In this document: positions 13,037 to 24,102 of the stretch, in pieces
Layout: each line of letters starts with the position of its first letter
Numbering within the stretch: position 1 is the first letter of the stretch
Origin: an uncultured Candidatus Binatia bacterium
Lineage (GTDB): Bacteria > Desulfobacterota > Binatia > UBA9968 > JAJDTQ01
Reading direction: 5' to 3'
Assembly: GCA_964291295.2 (NCBI GenBank)
Contig: OZ219754.1
Coordinates: 608,001-672,000 of the forward strand
Length of the DNA: 64,000 bases
Program-made: the position numbers and the translations under genes
The notes under the pieces: model-generated
What the model saw: the letters and a program-made list of their open reading frames with translations, nothing else
What the model was told of the DNA's origin: nothing
The model's database searches: none

Positions 13037-14014
13037 ATGGAAACCATCTTCAACAGCCCGGACAAGTGGGACAGCCGCTTCACTACGGCGGGCGGCTACA
13101 AGACCCACTACATCGAGGCCGGCGCGGACAGACCGGAACGGGTGGTGATGTGTCACGGGGGTGCCAACGAGATCGGCATGGGCAACTACCGCTGGTATCC
13201 GAACATCGTGCCGCTGGGCGAACATTTCCACGTCTACGCCATCGACGAACTGGGCCACGGCCGGACCGACCCGCCGCGAAACCTGGACGACCTGGGTCAT
13301 GTGCGCGTGCGCGCCGAACACGTCATCCGCTTCATCGAGGCCCTGGACCTGGCACCGGTGAACCTCATCGGTCAGTCGCAGGGAGGTTGGATCGTCACCT
13401 ACATCACCTTGAGACGGCCGGAACTGGTCCGGAAGTTGATCCTCATCGACAGCGGCAGCACCGCGGGATCGGGCATCCGGAAAGAGGGCGCGGGGCGACA
13501 GGTCATCGACGTGGACGGCCGGCAGGTGGAGGTGGACGGCAGCGGCGACCTCCCCTACTTCAAGGACGTTTTCGAGCCCGGCACCATGATGCCCAAGGAG
13601 GGTCTTACCACCACACGGGACGGACTCCGCAAGTACGTCGGGGCGTTCGTCTACAACAAGGACATGATCACCGAAGAGTACCTGGACCACCTGATGGAGT
13701 TGTCCGCCCGCTGGAACGACATCTACATGGCGCACAAGGGGAAGGAGTACTGGGAGAAGAACGGAATGCAGGGCGCCAGCGAGATGTACTACTTCGACGG
13801 CGCTCACATCCGCGACCACGTCCACAAGATCCGCGTACCGACCCTGGTCATGTGGGGCCGCAACTCCAACAAGGGAATCGACCCCGGCTACGAACTCTAC
13901 AAGAGCATCCCCAACGCCCAGATGCACATCTTCGACAAGGCCAATCACTTCGTGTGGCTGGACCAGCCGGAGGACTTCAACCACTTGGTGACGTGGTTTC
14001 TGGAGAAGACATAG
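13037..14014 (+). CDS. Alpha/beta hydrolase, paralogue 3
   Basis: CHGG, GQSQGG, PTLVMWGRNSNKG, DKANHF. Confidence 0.92.
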   Translation: METIFNSPDKWDSRFTTAGGYKTHYIEAGADRPERVVMCHGGANEIGMGNYRWYPNIVPLGEHFHVYAIDELGHGRTDPPRNLDDLGHVRVRAEHVIRFIEALDLAPVNLIGQSQGGWIVTYITLRRPELVRKLILIDSGSTAGSGIRKEGAGRQVIDVDGRQVEVDGSGDLPYFKDVFEPGTMMPKEGLTTTRDGLRKYVGAFVYNKDMITEEYLDHLMELSARWNDIYMAHKGKEYWEKNGMQGASEMYYFDGAHIRDHVHKIRVPTLVMWGRNSNKGIDPGYELYKSIPNAQMHIFDKANHFVWLDQPEDFNHLVTWFLEKT

Positions 14015-14185
14015 GAAGGGATGAGCAGCCGGGTCAGCGCCGCGCTCGGATGGCGTCGGACACGTCCTTGCTCGTGTTGCCCCGGACGCATGCACGCGAT
14101 GCCTGCCATCAGCCCCTCGTACACCGCATTGTAGATATTCTTCTGCATCAGACGTCGCAGAGGGAGGCCGCCCGCAGTTTCCGCC

Positions 14186-15334
14186 TCAGTTTTCGGGGCC
14201 GGAGACGTCGTACAGACGGGCGCAGTTGTCCCACAGGATCTTCCTGCGCGAGCCGTCGGTCACCCCGTCGATGGCCAGGAACGTCTCCATGGCGTGGGGC
14301 CAGTGGGCGTCGTCATGGGGGTAGTCGGTGGAGATCACGAGGTTGTCGTCTCCCACCCGGCTGATGACGTCGGTGACGAGGCTCTCGTCCGGATCCACGG
14401 ACACGAAACACTGGCGCATGAAGTAGTCGCCTGGCCTGTGGCTCAAGGGCTCGTCGAGTTGGTCCTTGCGGTCCTGCCAGCGCTCGTCCATGCGGTAGAG
14501 GAGCCACGGCAGCCAACTGCAGTTGCCCTCCAGGAACACCGCGCGCAACCGGGGAAAGCGCTCCAGCACCCCACCACCGCAGAAACTGCCGATGGCCATC
14601 ATCAGTTCCACCGCCTTGCTGTAGGTGCTGACCAGAAATCCGTCGTTGGGGTGGCCGACGAAACGAAGAGCCGCGTGTTCCTGCCTGGGAAAGCCCGCGG
14701 GATGGAAGCAGACGGGGACCCCCGTCCGTTCCGCCTGAGCCCACAGCGGATCGAAGCAGTGGTCGTGGATGTGATTGCCGTTGACCGGCTCGGGGACGAG
14801 GCAGAGCCCCGCGGCCCCGAGTTGCTCCACCGCACGCCGGGCCTCCTCCACCGCCAACTCCACGTCGTGGAGGGTGATCAGCGCGGCGAACTTCATGCGC
14901 ACCGGATCCTCCTTGCAGAAGTCGAAGATCCAATCGTTCCAGGCCCGGCACAGCGCCATGGCGTACTCGGCTTCGAGACCGTCGTCGCAGTGAAGCGGGA
15001 AGGTGCGGAACAGAACGGCCACGTCCAATCCTTCCACGTCCATGGCGTCGAGCTGCGAGACGGGGTCATAGTCGCGGGCCAGGGAGTTCCGGTAGTGGGG
15101 CGCAACCTTCTCGAAGCGCTGTTCCTGCGCGTTCCGGGGCGACCGGAGCCGCCCGCCCCCGGACCGGACCGGTGTGCCGTCGGCGAAGGTAAAGCGGATC
15201 TGGCCGTGGCGTCTGCGCGGCTCGCCGCGCGGAATCCGGTTACCCCACTTGGGGTCCATATACTTGAGATACAGGTCGTGGGGCTCGAAAACGTGCATGT
15301 CGCTGTCGAGCACCTTGAAGCCGTTCTTTGCCAT
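14186..15334 (-). CDS. Amidohydrolase_2 family metalloenzyme
   Basis: VLDSDMHVFEP, MDVEGLDVAVLF, CFHP, FLEG, STDYPH.D, ILWDNCARLY. Confidence 0.9.
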   Translation of the reverse strand: MAKNGFKVLDSDMHVFEPHDLYLKYMDPKWGNRIPRGEPRRRHGQIRFTFADGTPVRSGGGRLRSPRNAQEQRFEKVAPHYRNSLARDYDPVSQLDAMDVEGLDVAVLFRTFPLHCDDGLEAEYAMALCRAWNDWIFDFCKEDPVRMKFAALITLHDVELAVEEARRAVEQLGAAGLCLVPEPVNGNHIHDHCFDPLWAQAERTGVPVCFHPAGFPRQEHAALRFVGHPNDGFLVSTYSKAVELMMAIGSFCGGGVLERFPRLRAVFLEGNCSWLPWLLYRMDERWQDRKDQLDEPLSHRPGDYFMRQCFVSVDPDESLVTDVISRVGDDNLVISTDYPHDDAHWPHAMETFLAIDGVTDGSRRKILWDNCARLYDVSGPEN

Positions 15335-15349
15335 GGGCAACTCCCGGTC

Positions 15350-16405
15350 TTATGACTCGATCTCGGTCCAGCCGTCGCCGCCGAAACGTACCGCATCCAT
15401 GATCTGCTGGCAGCGGTAGGCGTCCTCGAAGTCAGGGGCGAGCGAGATTCCCTCCTCGATGCCGCGACGGAACCTGCCTGCCAGCACGCGAAAGGCCCCC
15501 AGGCGCGCGTCCCGTTCGTCCAGTTCCACGTGGAACCGATCGGGCACCGGCAACTCACGCAACGCCTTGTCCTCTGCGTACCGCGCCCCGAGGACAGTCC
15601 CGTCGGGCGGCGGGTTCGGGCCCGCATGGGAAAGACTCAGGCTCCCCTCGGTGCCGTGAATCTCCATGCGCACCTTCGAGCCCAGGGGCGCGGCGAAGTT
15701 GGCGGCGAGCGACGACCAGCCACCCTTCGCGAAAGTCATCAGCAGGCCGAAGGCGTCGTCGGAGGTGTCGGCACCGTGGGCACCGTTCTCCGGCGTGAAC
15801 ACCCGGCCGCTGACCTTGGTGACCTCTCCGAACCAGTCCCGCAGGCAATCGATGTAGTGGGACCCCAAGCCCCCAAGTTGTCCGCCGCCGCAGGAATACT
15901 GCTGGCGCCAGTCGAAACCGGGACGACCGCCGGGCGGGCCGCCCCTCATGAACAGCGTTACGGCCGCACTCTGCAAACCGCCGATGTAGCCCTGCTCCAG
16001 CAATGCCTTCACGTAAGCCCGGGCCGGCGCGAAGCGAAACTCGTGTGCGACCATGGCAGTCAAGCCGCTGTCGCGGGCCTTGTCGAGCATCGCCCTGGCC
16101 TCCGTCCGATCCATGGCGAAGGGCTTTTCGCACAGCACGTGCTTGCCGGCTTCCAGCGCCGCGACGGTCATCTCTTGATGAAGGTCGGGTGGCGTCACGA
16201 TGCTCACCGCGTCCAGGTCCGGCTGTTCCAGCAACTTGCGGTAGTCGGTGTACGCATGCGGGATGCCCAGGCTGACCGCCGCTTCCCGGACCCGTTCTTC
16301 TCTCCGGGAGCAGATCGCCACCACCTCGAATCCTTCGGCCTGAAAGGCCGGAGCATGCACCTTCGCACCGAATCCCACGCCAATGACGCCGATACGAACC
16401 ACCAT
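15350..16405 (-). CDS. Gfo/Idh/MocA family oxidoreductase
   Basis: IGVIGVGFG, DAVSIVTPP..H, GKHVLCEKP, GSHYID. Confidence 0.92.
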   Translation of the reverse strand: MVVRIGVIGVGFGAKVHAPAFQAEGFEVVAICSRREERVREAAVSLGIPHAYTDYRKLLEQPDLDAVSIVTPPDLHQEMTVAALEAGKHVLCEKPFAMDRTEARAMLDKARDSGLTAMVAHEFRFAPARAYVKALLEQGYIGGLQSAAVTLFMRGGPPGGRPGFDWRQQYSCGGGQLGGLGSHYIDCLRDWFGEVTKVSGRVFTPENGAHGADTSDDAFGLLMTFAKGGWSSLAANFAAPLGSKVRMEIHGTEGSLSLSHAGPNPPPDGTVLGARYAEDKALRELPVPDRFHVELDERDARLGAFRVLAGRFRRGIEEGISLAPDFEDAYRCQQIMDAVRFGGDGWTEIES

Positions 16406-16456
16406 GAATCTCCCGTAAACGGACCGCCCCCGACCCGTCAGTGAGACCGGGCCGGC

Positions 16457-17938
16457 TCAGGGACCGGCTTCAAGGAAGGCCCCCGCCACCGCGTCCTCGC
16501 ACACGGTGCCGGCAAAGAAGTTCGGATTCATCTCCGTGTAGAACCGGGCCGCATTGGTGAATGCGAAATCGCGGAAATCTTCGTCGGTAAGGAGCCCCCG
16601 CTCCCTCAACTCGTAAGCCTCGGGGACCACCTCCCGCATGTCGGCCACGTCCCAGTGACCCAGGTCCGAACTCATCATGGCGTTGAGCCGCGCGCCGAAC
16701 GGGTTGACCCGCGCGCTGAAGGCCCAGACCACAGTGGGGTCATCCCCCTCGCAGCCGAAAAAGAAATGCGGCACGAACAGATCCCGGATCTGCTCGGCCT
16801 CACCGATCTCGCACCGGGCCCAGTCGTCGAGGTTGTCCGGGTGTCTCAACTCGTGGGCCTTTCGGTAGTTGCCGATGGCGGAGGCGTCCGTGCCTTCGAA
16901 GAACCTGCGGATGTCCTCGAGCCGCAACCGAACCCGGTCGCTGCCGTATTCATCCACCAGCCGCAGCAACTCGTCCTTGTCAAGATTTTCCGGGTTGAGA
17001 TTCTGTATCCCTCCGGGTCCGCGCTTCGTCCAGTGGCCCACCAGGTCCGCGTACAGCACGCAGGCCCAGCCCACGCCGCATTCGAGAAAGCCCAGCCGGA
17101 TCCCGGGAAAGCGCCGGGTAACGCCGCCCATGAACAGCGACTTGCAGATGGCCTCGTTGGCCGCGGCGAAGTGGCCGATATGGTTGTACGCGTAGTTGGA
17201 GATGGACTGGCGGGTACCGATGCCCTGGGAGCCGGCATGGGAGGTGGGAACCGCCCTCAGTTCGATGCATTTGGCCCAAACCGGGTCGTAGTCGTACTCG
17301 CTGTCCAGCCCGAACGTATCGAGACGATAGGCATACCGAGCCGCTTCCGACGCAACGCCCTGTCCCCTGGGTATGGGGCGCCGCTGATGCGTGAAGACGA
17401 TGACCTTGAGCCCCAGCACGCGGACCGCGTGTTCCATCTCCTCAATGGCCTCCCACGGGTTCTGGAAAGGAATCACCGCCGCCGGGGTCATGCGGTCGGC
17501 GTAGTCCCGATAAATGTCGGCATGGAACGTGTTGAGCGCCCGGCACGCTGCCCTGCGGAGATCCTCGTCCCGGAAGACCGGCGGCCCGCCCATGCCCTCG
17601 GTGGGATACAGAACCGTGAAGTCCAGCCCCAACTCGTCCATCCGCTCGTGCAGCAGACGCGGCAGCGAGGCCGTTGCCCGGTCCAGCGTCCCTGTTGGCC
17701 GCGCCCACCACGGCGGACAACGCGTCCAGTCGTGGCGTCGCTCGCTCTCCGACATGTCGTGCCAGCGGTTGGTTCCGCGGGCCGCGGTAGCCTTCACGTA
17801 ACGGTCGACGATATCCGGGCCACCGACCTGCTTGAGATAGTCGAGGTAAACCGGCGTAAGCTCCACCGTATGTCCGTCGGAGTCGATGATCGGGTGGCCG
17901 AGCCGCGCGCGGATCTGCTGTGACCTTGAAGTCGGCAT
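16457..17938 (-). CDS. Amidohydrolase family protein (long form)
   Basis: IIDSDGH, MDELGLDFTVLYPT, GFLECG, SSDLGHWD, NAARFY. Confidence 0.88.
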   Translation of the reverse strand: MPTSRSQQIRARLGHPIIDSDGHTVELTPVYLDYLKQVGGPDIVDRYVKATAARGTNRWHDMSESERRHDWTRCPPWWARPTGTLDRATASLPRLLHERMDELGLDFTVLYPTEGMGGPPVFRDEDLRRAACRALNTFHADIYRDYADRMTPAAVIPFQNPWEAIEEMEHAVRVLGLKVIVFTHQRRPIPRGQGVASEAARYAYRLDTFGLDSEYDYDPVWAKCIELRAVPTSHAGSQGIGTRQSISNYAYNHIGHFAAANEAICKSLFMGGVTRRFPGIRLGFLECGVGWACVLYADLVGHWTKRGPGGIQNLNPENLDKDELLRLVDEYGSDRVRLRLEDIRRFFEGTDASAIGNYRKAHELRHPDNLDDWARCEIGEAEQIRDLFVPHFFFGCEGDDPTVVWAFSARVNPFGARLNAMMSSDLGHWDVADMREVVPEAYELRERGLLTDEDFRDFAFTNAARFYTEMNPNFFAGTVCEDAVAGAFLEAGP

Positions 17939-18330
17939 GGGACCCCATGTTAGCCCATCGTCCGCGGTAGTCAACGTCCGCGAGCGGCATGTCAGAAGCC
18001 CATCGTCTGTCCGGTATCGCGGCACCCGAGTTGTCCGGCTCGGCAAGCATCGAGGGGGTGCCTCATGACCAGGACGCGCGTGCCGCAGGAAATCCGACAG
18101 GCGCGATTCGAGGAAGTCCACGGCGCCGGGCGCTTCCGCATCCATCCCCCGTGCAGACGACCTCGAGTTGCATGAACTCGAAATCGTCCCGTCCGGACCT
18201 CACGGAGACCTGCCCTCGCGAGCACGCGACAACACCCGCCACAAAGGACGAATTGCCTTGACGGCGGGCTGGCGAAGGCGATATGTGAGCCGTACTGTTC
18301 GGGTGGGCTTGAAGACGTCGGGCAATTCTC

Positions 18331-19251
18331 ATGTCCAACGACACCGGTGCGGAAGCAGCAACCATGACGCGGGTCGGACGCGCCGCGGGCGTCTACGTTT
18401 CGGTACGTGACTGGTTCATCCGGTTTTCGGACAACCGCATGGCCGTGGCGGGCTTCGCGTTCGTGACGTTTGTCTTCGTCGTGGCGGCCTTCGCGCCGCA
18501 GATTGCCCACCACGACCCCGACGAAGTGGACCTGACGGCACGGTTGGTGCCACTTTCCATGGACCACCCCTTCGGCACGGACACCTTCGGGCGGGACATC
18601 TTCTCGCGCGTCGTTTACGGCGCGCGCATCTCCGTCCTCGCAGGGCTCGGCTCGGTTACGCTGGCACTGGCCGCGGGGATCTTTCTCGGCGCCGTGGCGG
18701 GCTTTGCCGGACGGACCCTCGACAACGCATTGATGCGGATCATGGACGCGGTGATGGCGTTCCCGGGACTGCTGCTGGCCATTGCGCTGATGTCCGCCCT
18801 GGGTGCCTCCCTCACCAACGTGTGCATCGCGCTGGCCATTCGCTACACCCCCAACTTCGCCCGCCTGGTCCGTGCCTCCGTACTCAAGGAACGGGAGAAG
18901 GAGTACGTGGAAGCGGCCATGGTCCAGGGCGAATCGGATTTTCGAATCCTGTTCCGTCAGATCCTGCCCAACTGCATGGCGCCGGTTCTGGTCCAGGCCA
19001 CCCTCGATTTCGCCCACGCCATCATTGCCGAGGCGTCATTGAGCTTCTTGGGCATCGGCGTGCCGCCACCCACACCGAGCTGGGGCAGCATCCTGCATGC
19101 CGCGCGCTCCACCATGGAGTTCTATCCCTGGGCCGCCATCTTCCCGGGTCTCGCCATCTGCTTTTCCGTGCTGGGTCTCAACCTTCTCGGGGACGGCCTT
19201 CGCGATGTGCTGGATCCGCGCTTGAGCGAGGAAAGGTCCGGCCGTGCCTGA
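18331..19251 (+). CDS. Peptide/nickel ABC transporter permease (DppC-like)
   Basis: HPFGTDTFGRDIFSR, EYVEAA loop, EASLSFLGIG..PPTPSWG, NLLGDGLRD.LDPR. Confidence 0.93.
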   Translation: MSNDTGAEAATMTRVGRAAGVYVSVRDWFIRFSDNRMAVAGFAFVTFVFVVAAFAPQIAHHDPDEVDLTARLVPLSMDHPFGTDTFGRDIFSRVVYGARISVLAGLGSVTLALAAGIFLGAVAGFAGRTLDNALMRIMDAVMAFPGLLLAIALMSALGASLTNVCIALAIRYTPNFARLVRASVLKEREKEYVEAAMVQGESDFRILFRQILPNCMAPVLVQATLDFAHAIIAEASLSFLGIGVPPPTPSWGSILHAARSTMEFYPWAAIFPGLAICFSVLGLNLLGDGLRDVLDPRLSEERSGRA

Positions 19252-20212
19252 GCCTCTTCTGGACGTCCGGGAACTCGAGACTCGCTTCTTTCTCCGCAAG
19301 GGGATCCTCACGGCCGTGGACCGGGTCTCATTCCAACTCGAAGAGAGACAGACGCTGGGCATCGTGGGCGAGACCGGCTCGGGGAAGAGCGTGCTGGCCC
19401 TTTCCCTCATGCGGCTCATAGCCCAGCCTCCCGGCAGGATCACCAACGGGCAGATTCTTTTCAAGGGCGAAGACCTGCTGGCCAAGACCGAGGCGGAGAT
19501 GCGTTCCTACCGTGGCAGCCGCATCTCCATGATCTTCCAGGAACCCATGGTGGCATTGAACCCTGCGTACACGGTCGGCGACCAGGTGGCGGAGGGATAC
19601 GTCGTCCACGAAAAGCTGGGAAAGAAAGAGGCCTACGCAAGGGCGGAGGACATGCTCCACAAGGTGGGCATCCCCAGTCCCGGGGAACGCCTCGACAGCT
19701 ATCCTCACGAATTCAGCGGCGGCATGCGCCAGCGCGTCATGATCGCCATGGCGCTGGCGTGCAATCCCGACCTGTTGATCGCCGACGAGCCCACCACCGC
19801 CCTGGACGTGACCATCCAGGCTCAGATCCTCGACCTCCTGCGGGGACTGTTGGAGCAGTTGGGCAAGTCGCTGATCTTCATTACCCACGATCTCGGTGTG
19901 GCCGCCGTGCTGTGCGACCACATCGCGGTGATGTATGCCGGCAACATCGTGGAACTGGCGGACCGGAAGTCCATCTTCGAAAACCCCCTGCATCCCTACA
20001 CCCAGGGGCTGCTGCGGGCGCTGCCGCGCCGGGGCGAACGCGACCGGCTGCTGGATCCCATACCGGGGGTCGTGTGCAACCTGCTGGATCCGCCCCAAGG
20101 CTGCAACTTCCGGCCCCGGTGCGATCAGGCGATGGAGGTATGCGGTCGCGAGGATCCACGGCTCACTCCGGCCAAGGCCAGACAGGTGGCCTGTCATCTC
20201 CACACCGCTTGA
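19244..20212 (+). CDS. Peptide/nickel ABC transporter ATPase (DppD-like)
   Basis: [31 protein letters not shown]-terminal Cys motif; GTG start overlaps the upstream stop. Confidence 0.93.
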   Translation: MPEPLLDVRELETRFFLRKGILTAVDRVSFQLEERQTLGIVGETGSGKSVLALSLMRLIAQPPGRITNGQILFKGEDLLAKTEAEMRSYRGSRISMIFQEPMVALNPAYTVGDQVAEGYVVHEKLGKKEAYARAEDMLHKVGIPSPGERLDSYPHEFSGGMRQRVMIAMALACNPDLLIADEPTTALDVTIQAQILDLLRGLLEQLGKSLIFITHDLGVAAVLCDHIAVMYAGNIVELADRKSIFENPLHPYTQGLLRALPRRGERDRLLDPIPGVVCNLLDPPQGCNFRPRCDQAMEVCGREDPRLTPAKARQVACHLHTA

Positions 20213-20219
20213 GGACGAC

Positions 20220-21191
20220 GTGCGGGAAGAGATCCTAAGAGTTGACGACCTCGCGAAGTATTTCTCCCTGACTTCATTCTTCTCGCTGTTCGGCGGCAGC
20301 GGCGCGGAACTCAAGGCGGTGGACGGGGTCAGCTTCTCCATCGACAAGGGCGAGACGTTTGGTCTGGTGGGTGAAAGCGGCAGCGGCAAGTCCACCACCG
20401 CCCGGTTGATTACCCGGCTCCTGGACGCCACCCGGGGCAGGGTGCATTTTGATGGACAGGAGATCCTGGGGATGCACCGTTCCGTGTTTCACAAGTACCG
20501 CCGACGCATCCAGATGGTTTTTCAGGACCCCTACACGTCCCTGAATCCCCGCATGCGGATCCGGGATATCCTCGGCAACCCGCTCAAGCTCCACGACATT
20601 GTTCCCGCCAGACAGGTACCGGACCGGGTGGTGGAGTTGTTGGAGCTCGTCGGCCTCCAGGCGGAGCACCGGGATCGCTATCCCCACGAGTTCAGCGGCG
20701 GACAGCGCCAGCGGATCAGCATCGCCCGCGCCATGGCGCTGGAACCCGACATCATCATCGCCGACGAAGCGGTTTCGGCCCTGGACGTGTCGGTGCGCGC
20801 GCAGATCCTCAACCTGTTCCGCCGGCTGCAACAGACCAAGGGGTTGACATACCTGTTCATCGCCCATGACCTCAGCGTGGTGGATTATTTCTGTGAGCGG
20901 GTCGCGGTCATGTACGGCGGCAAAATCGTCGAGGTGGGCGCGGTCGAGGAGCTGTTCCACAAGCCGGCGCACCCCTACACGGAAGCGCTGGTTTCGGCCA
21001 TCCCCGAACCCGACCCCCATCGCGAGTTTCGCCCCCGGGTACTGGCGGGGGAGATGGTGAACCTGATCGACCGCCCCCCGGGGTGCGTATTCCACGGACG
21101 CTGCCCCATCGCCGAGCCGGTGTGCGCCGAGGTGGAGCCGCCGCTGGAGAGAACGGCCGGAGGACGCCAGGTAGCGTGCCATATGCGCTGA
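20220..21191 (+). CDS. Peptide/nickel ABC transporter ATPase (DppF-like)
   Basis: [35 protein letters not shown]; GTG start after GAGGA. Confidence 0.93.
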   Translation: MREEILRVDDLAKYFSLTSFFSLFGGSGAELKAVDGVSFSIDKGETFGLVGESGSGKSTTARLITRLLDATRGRVHFDGQEILGMHRSVFHKYRRRIQMVFQDPYTSLNPRMRIRDILGNPLKLHDIVPARQVPDRVVELLELVGLQAEHRDRYPHEFSGGQRQRISIARAMALEPDIIIADEAVSALDVSVRAQILNLFRRLQQTKGLTYLFIAHDLSVVDYFCERVAVMYGGKIVEVGAVEELFHKPAHPYTEALVSAIPEPDPHREFRPRVLAGEMVNLIDRPPGCVFHGRCPIAEPVCAEVEPPLERTAGGRQVACHMR

Positions 21192-21215
21192 CTGCATGTA
21201 GAAGGACGGACTGCA

Positions 21216-22166
21216 TTGCGCCAGTACATCATGAATCGCCTGCTGATCCTGATCCCGGTGCTCTTCCTGGTGTCGGTGATCGTCTTCTCTCTGCTGCATC
21301 TGATCCCGGGTGACCCGGTGGACTACATTTTCGCGGAAGAGGACCTTGATGACCCTTCCACGCGCGCCTACTTCGAGAAATTCCTGGGTCTCGACAAACC
21401 GCTGTACGTGCAGTACCTGGCATGGATCGGAAAGGTCCTGGTAGGCGACTTCGGCGAATCGATCCACTATCACAGGTCGAATCTCGCCTTGATCGCCGAA
21501 CGTTTCCCGGCCACCATCCTGCTGACCCTCGTCTCCACCCTCGTATCCATCCTGATCGCCATCCCCGCCGGGGTCATCGCCGCCATCCGGCGCAATACCG
21601 CCAGCGACTACACCGCCATGTCGTTCGCGCTGCTGGGCATCTCGATTCCCAATTTCTGGCTCGGCATCCTGCTGATCCTCGCCTTCAGCCTGTACATCCC
21701 CATCCTTCCTTCGTCCGGATACGAAGCCTCCTTCAGCGCTCCGTTGACGACGTTATCGTATCTGATACTTCCCTCCATCACACTGGGTACGGGCATGGCG
21801 GCAATCGTGGCGCGCATGACCCGCTCGGAGATGCTGGAGGAAATCGGCAAGGAATACGTGCGAACGGCGCGAGCCAAGGGCTTGGCCGAGAGGCGGGTGA
21901 TCTTCAAGCATACGCTCAAGAACGCACTGGTGCCGGTCGTTACGGTCATCGGCCTTCAGTTCGGTCGGCTGCTCGGTGGCACCGTCATCGTCGAGCACGT
22001 GTTCGCCTGGCCCGGCGTGGGCAGCCTGGTGGTGGGTGCGGTCTACAGTCGGGACTATCCGCTGGTACAGGCCCTCATCCTGATCTTCGCAGTGATCTTC
22101 GTGGCAGTGAACTTCTTCGTGGACATTCTCTACAAGTATGCCAATCCCAGGATCAAGCTGGACTGA
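21216..22166 (+). CDS. Peptide/nickel ABC transporter permease (DppB-like)
   Basis: LIPGDP, GLDKPL.VQY, EYVRTARAKGL, FAWPGVG, RDYP. Confidence 0.93.
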   Translation: MRQYIMNRLLILIPVLFLVSVIVFSLLHLIPGDPVDYIFAEEDLDDPSTRAYFEKFLGLDKPLYVQYLAWIGKVLVGDFGESIHYHRSNLALIAERFPATILLTLVSTLVSILIAIPAGVIAAIRRNTASDYTAMSFALLGISIPNFWLGILLILAFSLYIPILPSSGYEASFSAPLTTLSYLILPSITLGTGMAAIVARMTRSEMLEEIGKEYVRTARAKGLAERRVIFKHTLKNALVPVVTVIGLQFGRLLGGTVIVEHVFAWPGVGSLVVGAVYSRDYPLVQALILIFAVIFVAVNFFVDILYKYANPRIKLD

Positions 22167-22318
22167 TGGCATCGACGATCCAACGCACCCGACCTGCAGG
22201 CACCGTTCCTGGCCGCCCGAAACGGGCAGAACGGGTGTTTGACGCGCAGGGCCAAATGTGTGATGTGACGGTTTTCCCGTACTCGAAAGCCAAGGGACGC
22301 AAACAAAGGAGGAACCAC

Positions 22319-23869
22319 ATGAATACGAAGCTTTCGCTCTCGTTGGCCGCCTTGCTGCTGGCACTCGGCTTGGCCGCACCCGATGAAGGGGCCGCCCAGA
22401 AGTACGGCGGAACCCTGAATCTCGGCATGTACGCGGACCTGCATACGCCGGATCTGCATCGCACCGTCGGCAACCCCACCGCTCAGATGGGCATCCTCGT
22501 GGCCGAGAGCCTGGTGGATTACGACGAGAAGTGCGACATCGTGCCGGGTCTGGCGGAGTCCTGGGACGTCACTCCCGACGGCAAGGCCTATACGTTCAAC
22601 CTGCGCAAGGGCGTCCTGTTCCACAACGGCAAGGAGTTGACGGCCGAGGATGTCAGGAAGAACTACGCGCACTTCCTGGACAAGAAGACCAAATCCCCGC
22701 GGCGTGGCAACTTCAACTCCATCAAGGACATGGAAGTCCTCGACAAGTACCGGATCAAGTTCACGCTCGACAGGCGGGATGCCGGTTTCCTCGTGAAATT
22801 CCGTCCGCTGGTGGCGTTCATTACCCACTCGGACAGCTTCGAGTCCAAGCCGCCGAAACCCATCGGCACAGGCGCGTTCGAATTCGTGGAGTGGAAACCC
22901 AAGCAGTACGTGAAGTTGAAACGCTTCAAGAACTATTGGAAAAAGGACGCCAAGGGGAACTCGCTTCCTTACGTGGACGAGGTCATCCTGCGGCCCATCA
23001 CCGACGCCACCGTGCGGTACACGGCACTGAGAACCGGTGACGTCGACTGGGTATGGACGGTGCCATTCGAGCAGTTGCAGACAATCCAGGCGAAACCGCC
23101 CAAGGGCATCACACCTTCGTTCAAGCCCGGCGCGCGCTGGTTCTACCTGAACCTGAACCTCTCGAAGGGTCCCCTCAAGGACATTCGCCTGCGCCAGGCC
23201 CTCGCCTACGCCATCGACAAGAAGGCGCTGATGGACGGCATCACCTGGGGCATTGCGACACCGGAGGCACAGGCGTACTACCCGGGCTCCACCTGGCACT
23301 TCAAGGACGTCGCGGATCCCTACGCCGAGGCGAATCTGGACAAGGCCAGGGCGTTGATGAAGGAGGCGGGCTACGAAAAGGGCGTCGACCTCGTTACCAT
23401 CGTCCGCAACGAAACCGTCATCCTGAATCTGTCCACGCTGGCGCAGGCGCAACTCAAGAAGGTCGGTATCAACCTGAAGTTCCAGGTGATGGACCGCGCC
23501 GCGCACCGGAAACGGCAGGGCAAGGGTGAGTTCGACGTCAACCCCGGCCATCTCACCTACGTCCCGGACCCCGACGGCCTGTACTACCGGTTCTTCCGCA
23601 AGGGCCAGCGGAACAACTACGCGAAGTGGGACAACGCCGAGTACAACAAACTCGTGGATGAAGGGCGCGCGACCGCGGACAACACCAAGCGCAGGGGCAT
23701 CTACCGCAAGGCCGTCGACCTGATCAACCAGGACCTGCCCCATCTGTTCCTGGGCCATCTTCCGATCTTTCAGGCGGCCCGTACGCACCTCAAGAGCATG
23801 AACACCAACTGCCGCGGCGACGTGCGTTGGTCGGACGGCGGCGTGACTCATGCCTGGCTGGAACAATAG
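22319..23869 (+). CDS. ABC transporter substrate-binding protein, family 5
   Basis: AAAGGAGG SD, signal peptide, PGLAESW...DGK.YTF.LRKGV.FHNG, PIGTG.F, RQAL.YAID. Confidence 0.93.
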   Translation: MNTKLSLSLAALLLALGLAAPDEGAAQKYGGTLNLGMYADLHTPDLHRTVGNPTAQMGILVAESLVDYDEKCDIVPGLAESWDVTPDGKAYTFNLRKGVLFHNGKELTAEDVRKNYAHFLDKKTKSPRRGNFNSIKDMEVLDKYRIKFTLDRRDAGFLVKFRPLVAFITHSDSFESKPPKPIGTGAFEFVEWKPKQYVKLKRFKNYWKKDAKGNSLPYVDEVILRPITDATVRYTALRTGDVDWVWTVPFEQLQTIQAKPPKGITPSFKPGARWFYLNLNLSKGPLKDIRLRQALAYAIDKKALMDGITWGIATPEAQAYYPGSTWHFKDVADPYAEANLDKARALMKEAGYEKGVDLVTIVRNETVILNLSTLAQAQLKKVGINLKFQVMDRAAHRKRQGKGEFDVNPGHLTYVPDPDGLYYRFFRKGQRNNYAKWDNAEYNKLVDEGRATADNTKRRGIYRKAVDLINQDLPHLFLGHLPIFQAARTHLKSMNTNCRGDVRWSDGGVTHAWLEQ

Positions 23870-24102
23870 GAACGGTTATCGGAAGTTCGCGTTGGAGCCT
23901 TCGGGCACCGACGCGAACCGGGCCACCAGGGACCCATGGAAGCACCAGGGTCCGGCATCGCCGAGGGTCCGGCCGGCTTTCGCCATCCGGGCCTTCAAGA
24001 CCACCCGGGAGCCTGCTGGACGACGAGGGTGCAGGGCCGGTTGCAGACCGGCCGCCCCCTTGTCGCGAGTGACCGCTACCGGCTCCCGGCGAGGGCAGCC
24101 TC

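Noticed and set aside
21422-22318. 815-aa version of the binding-protein ORF
   Set aside because: The upstream part overlaps the permease in another frame; a strong SD and signal peptide define the start at 22319.
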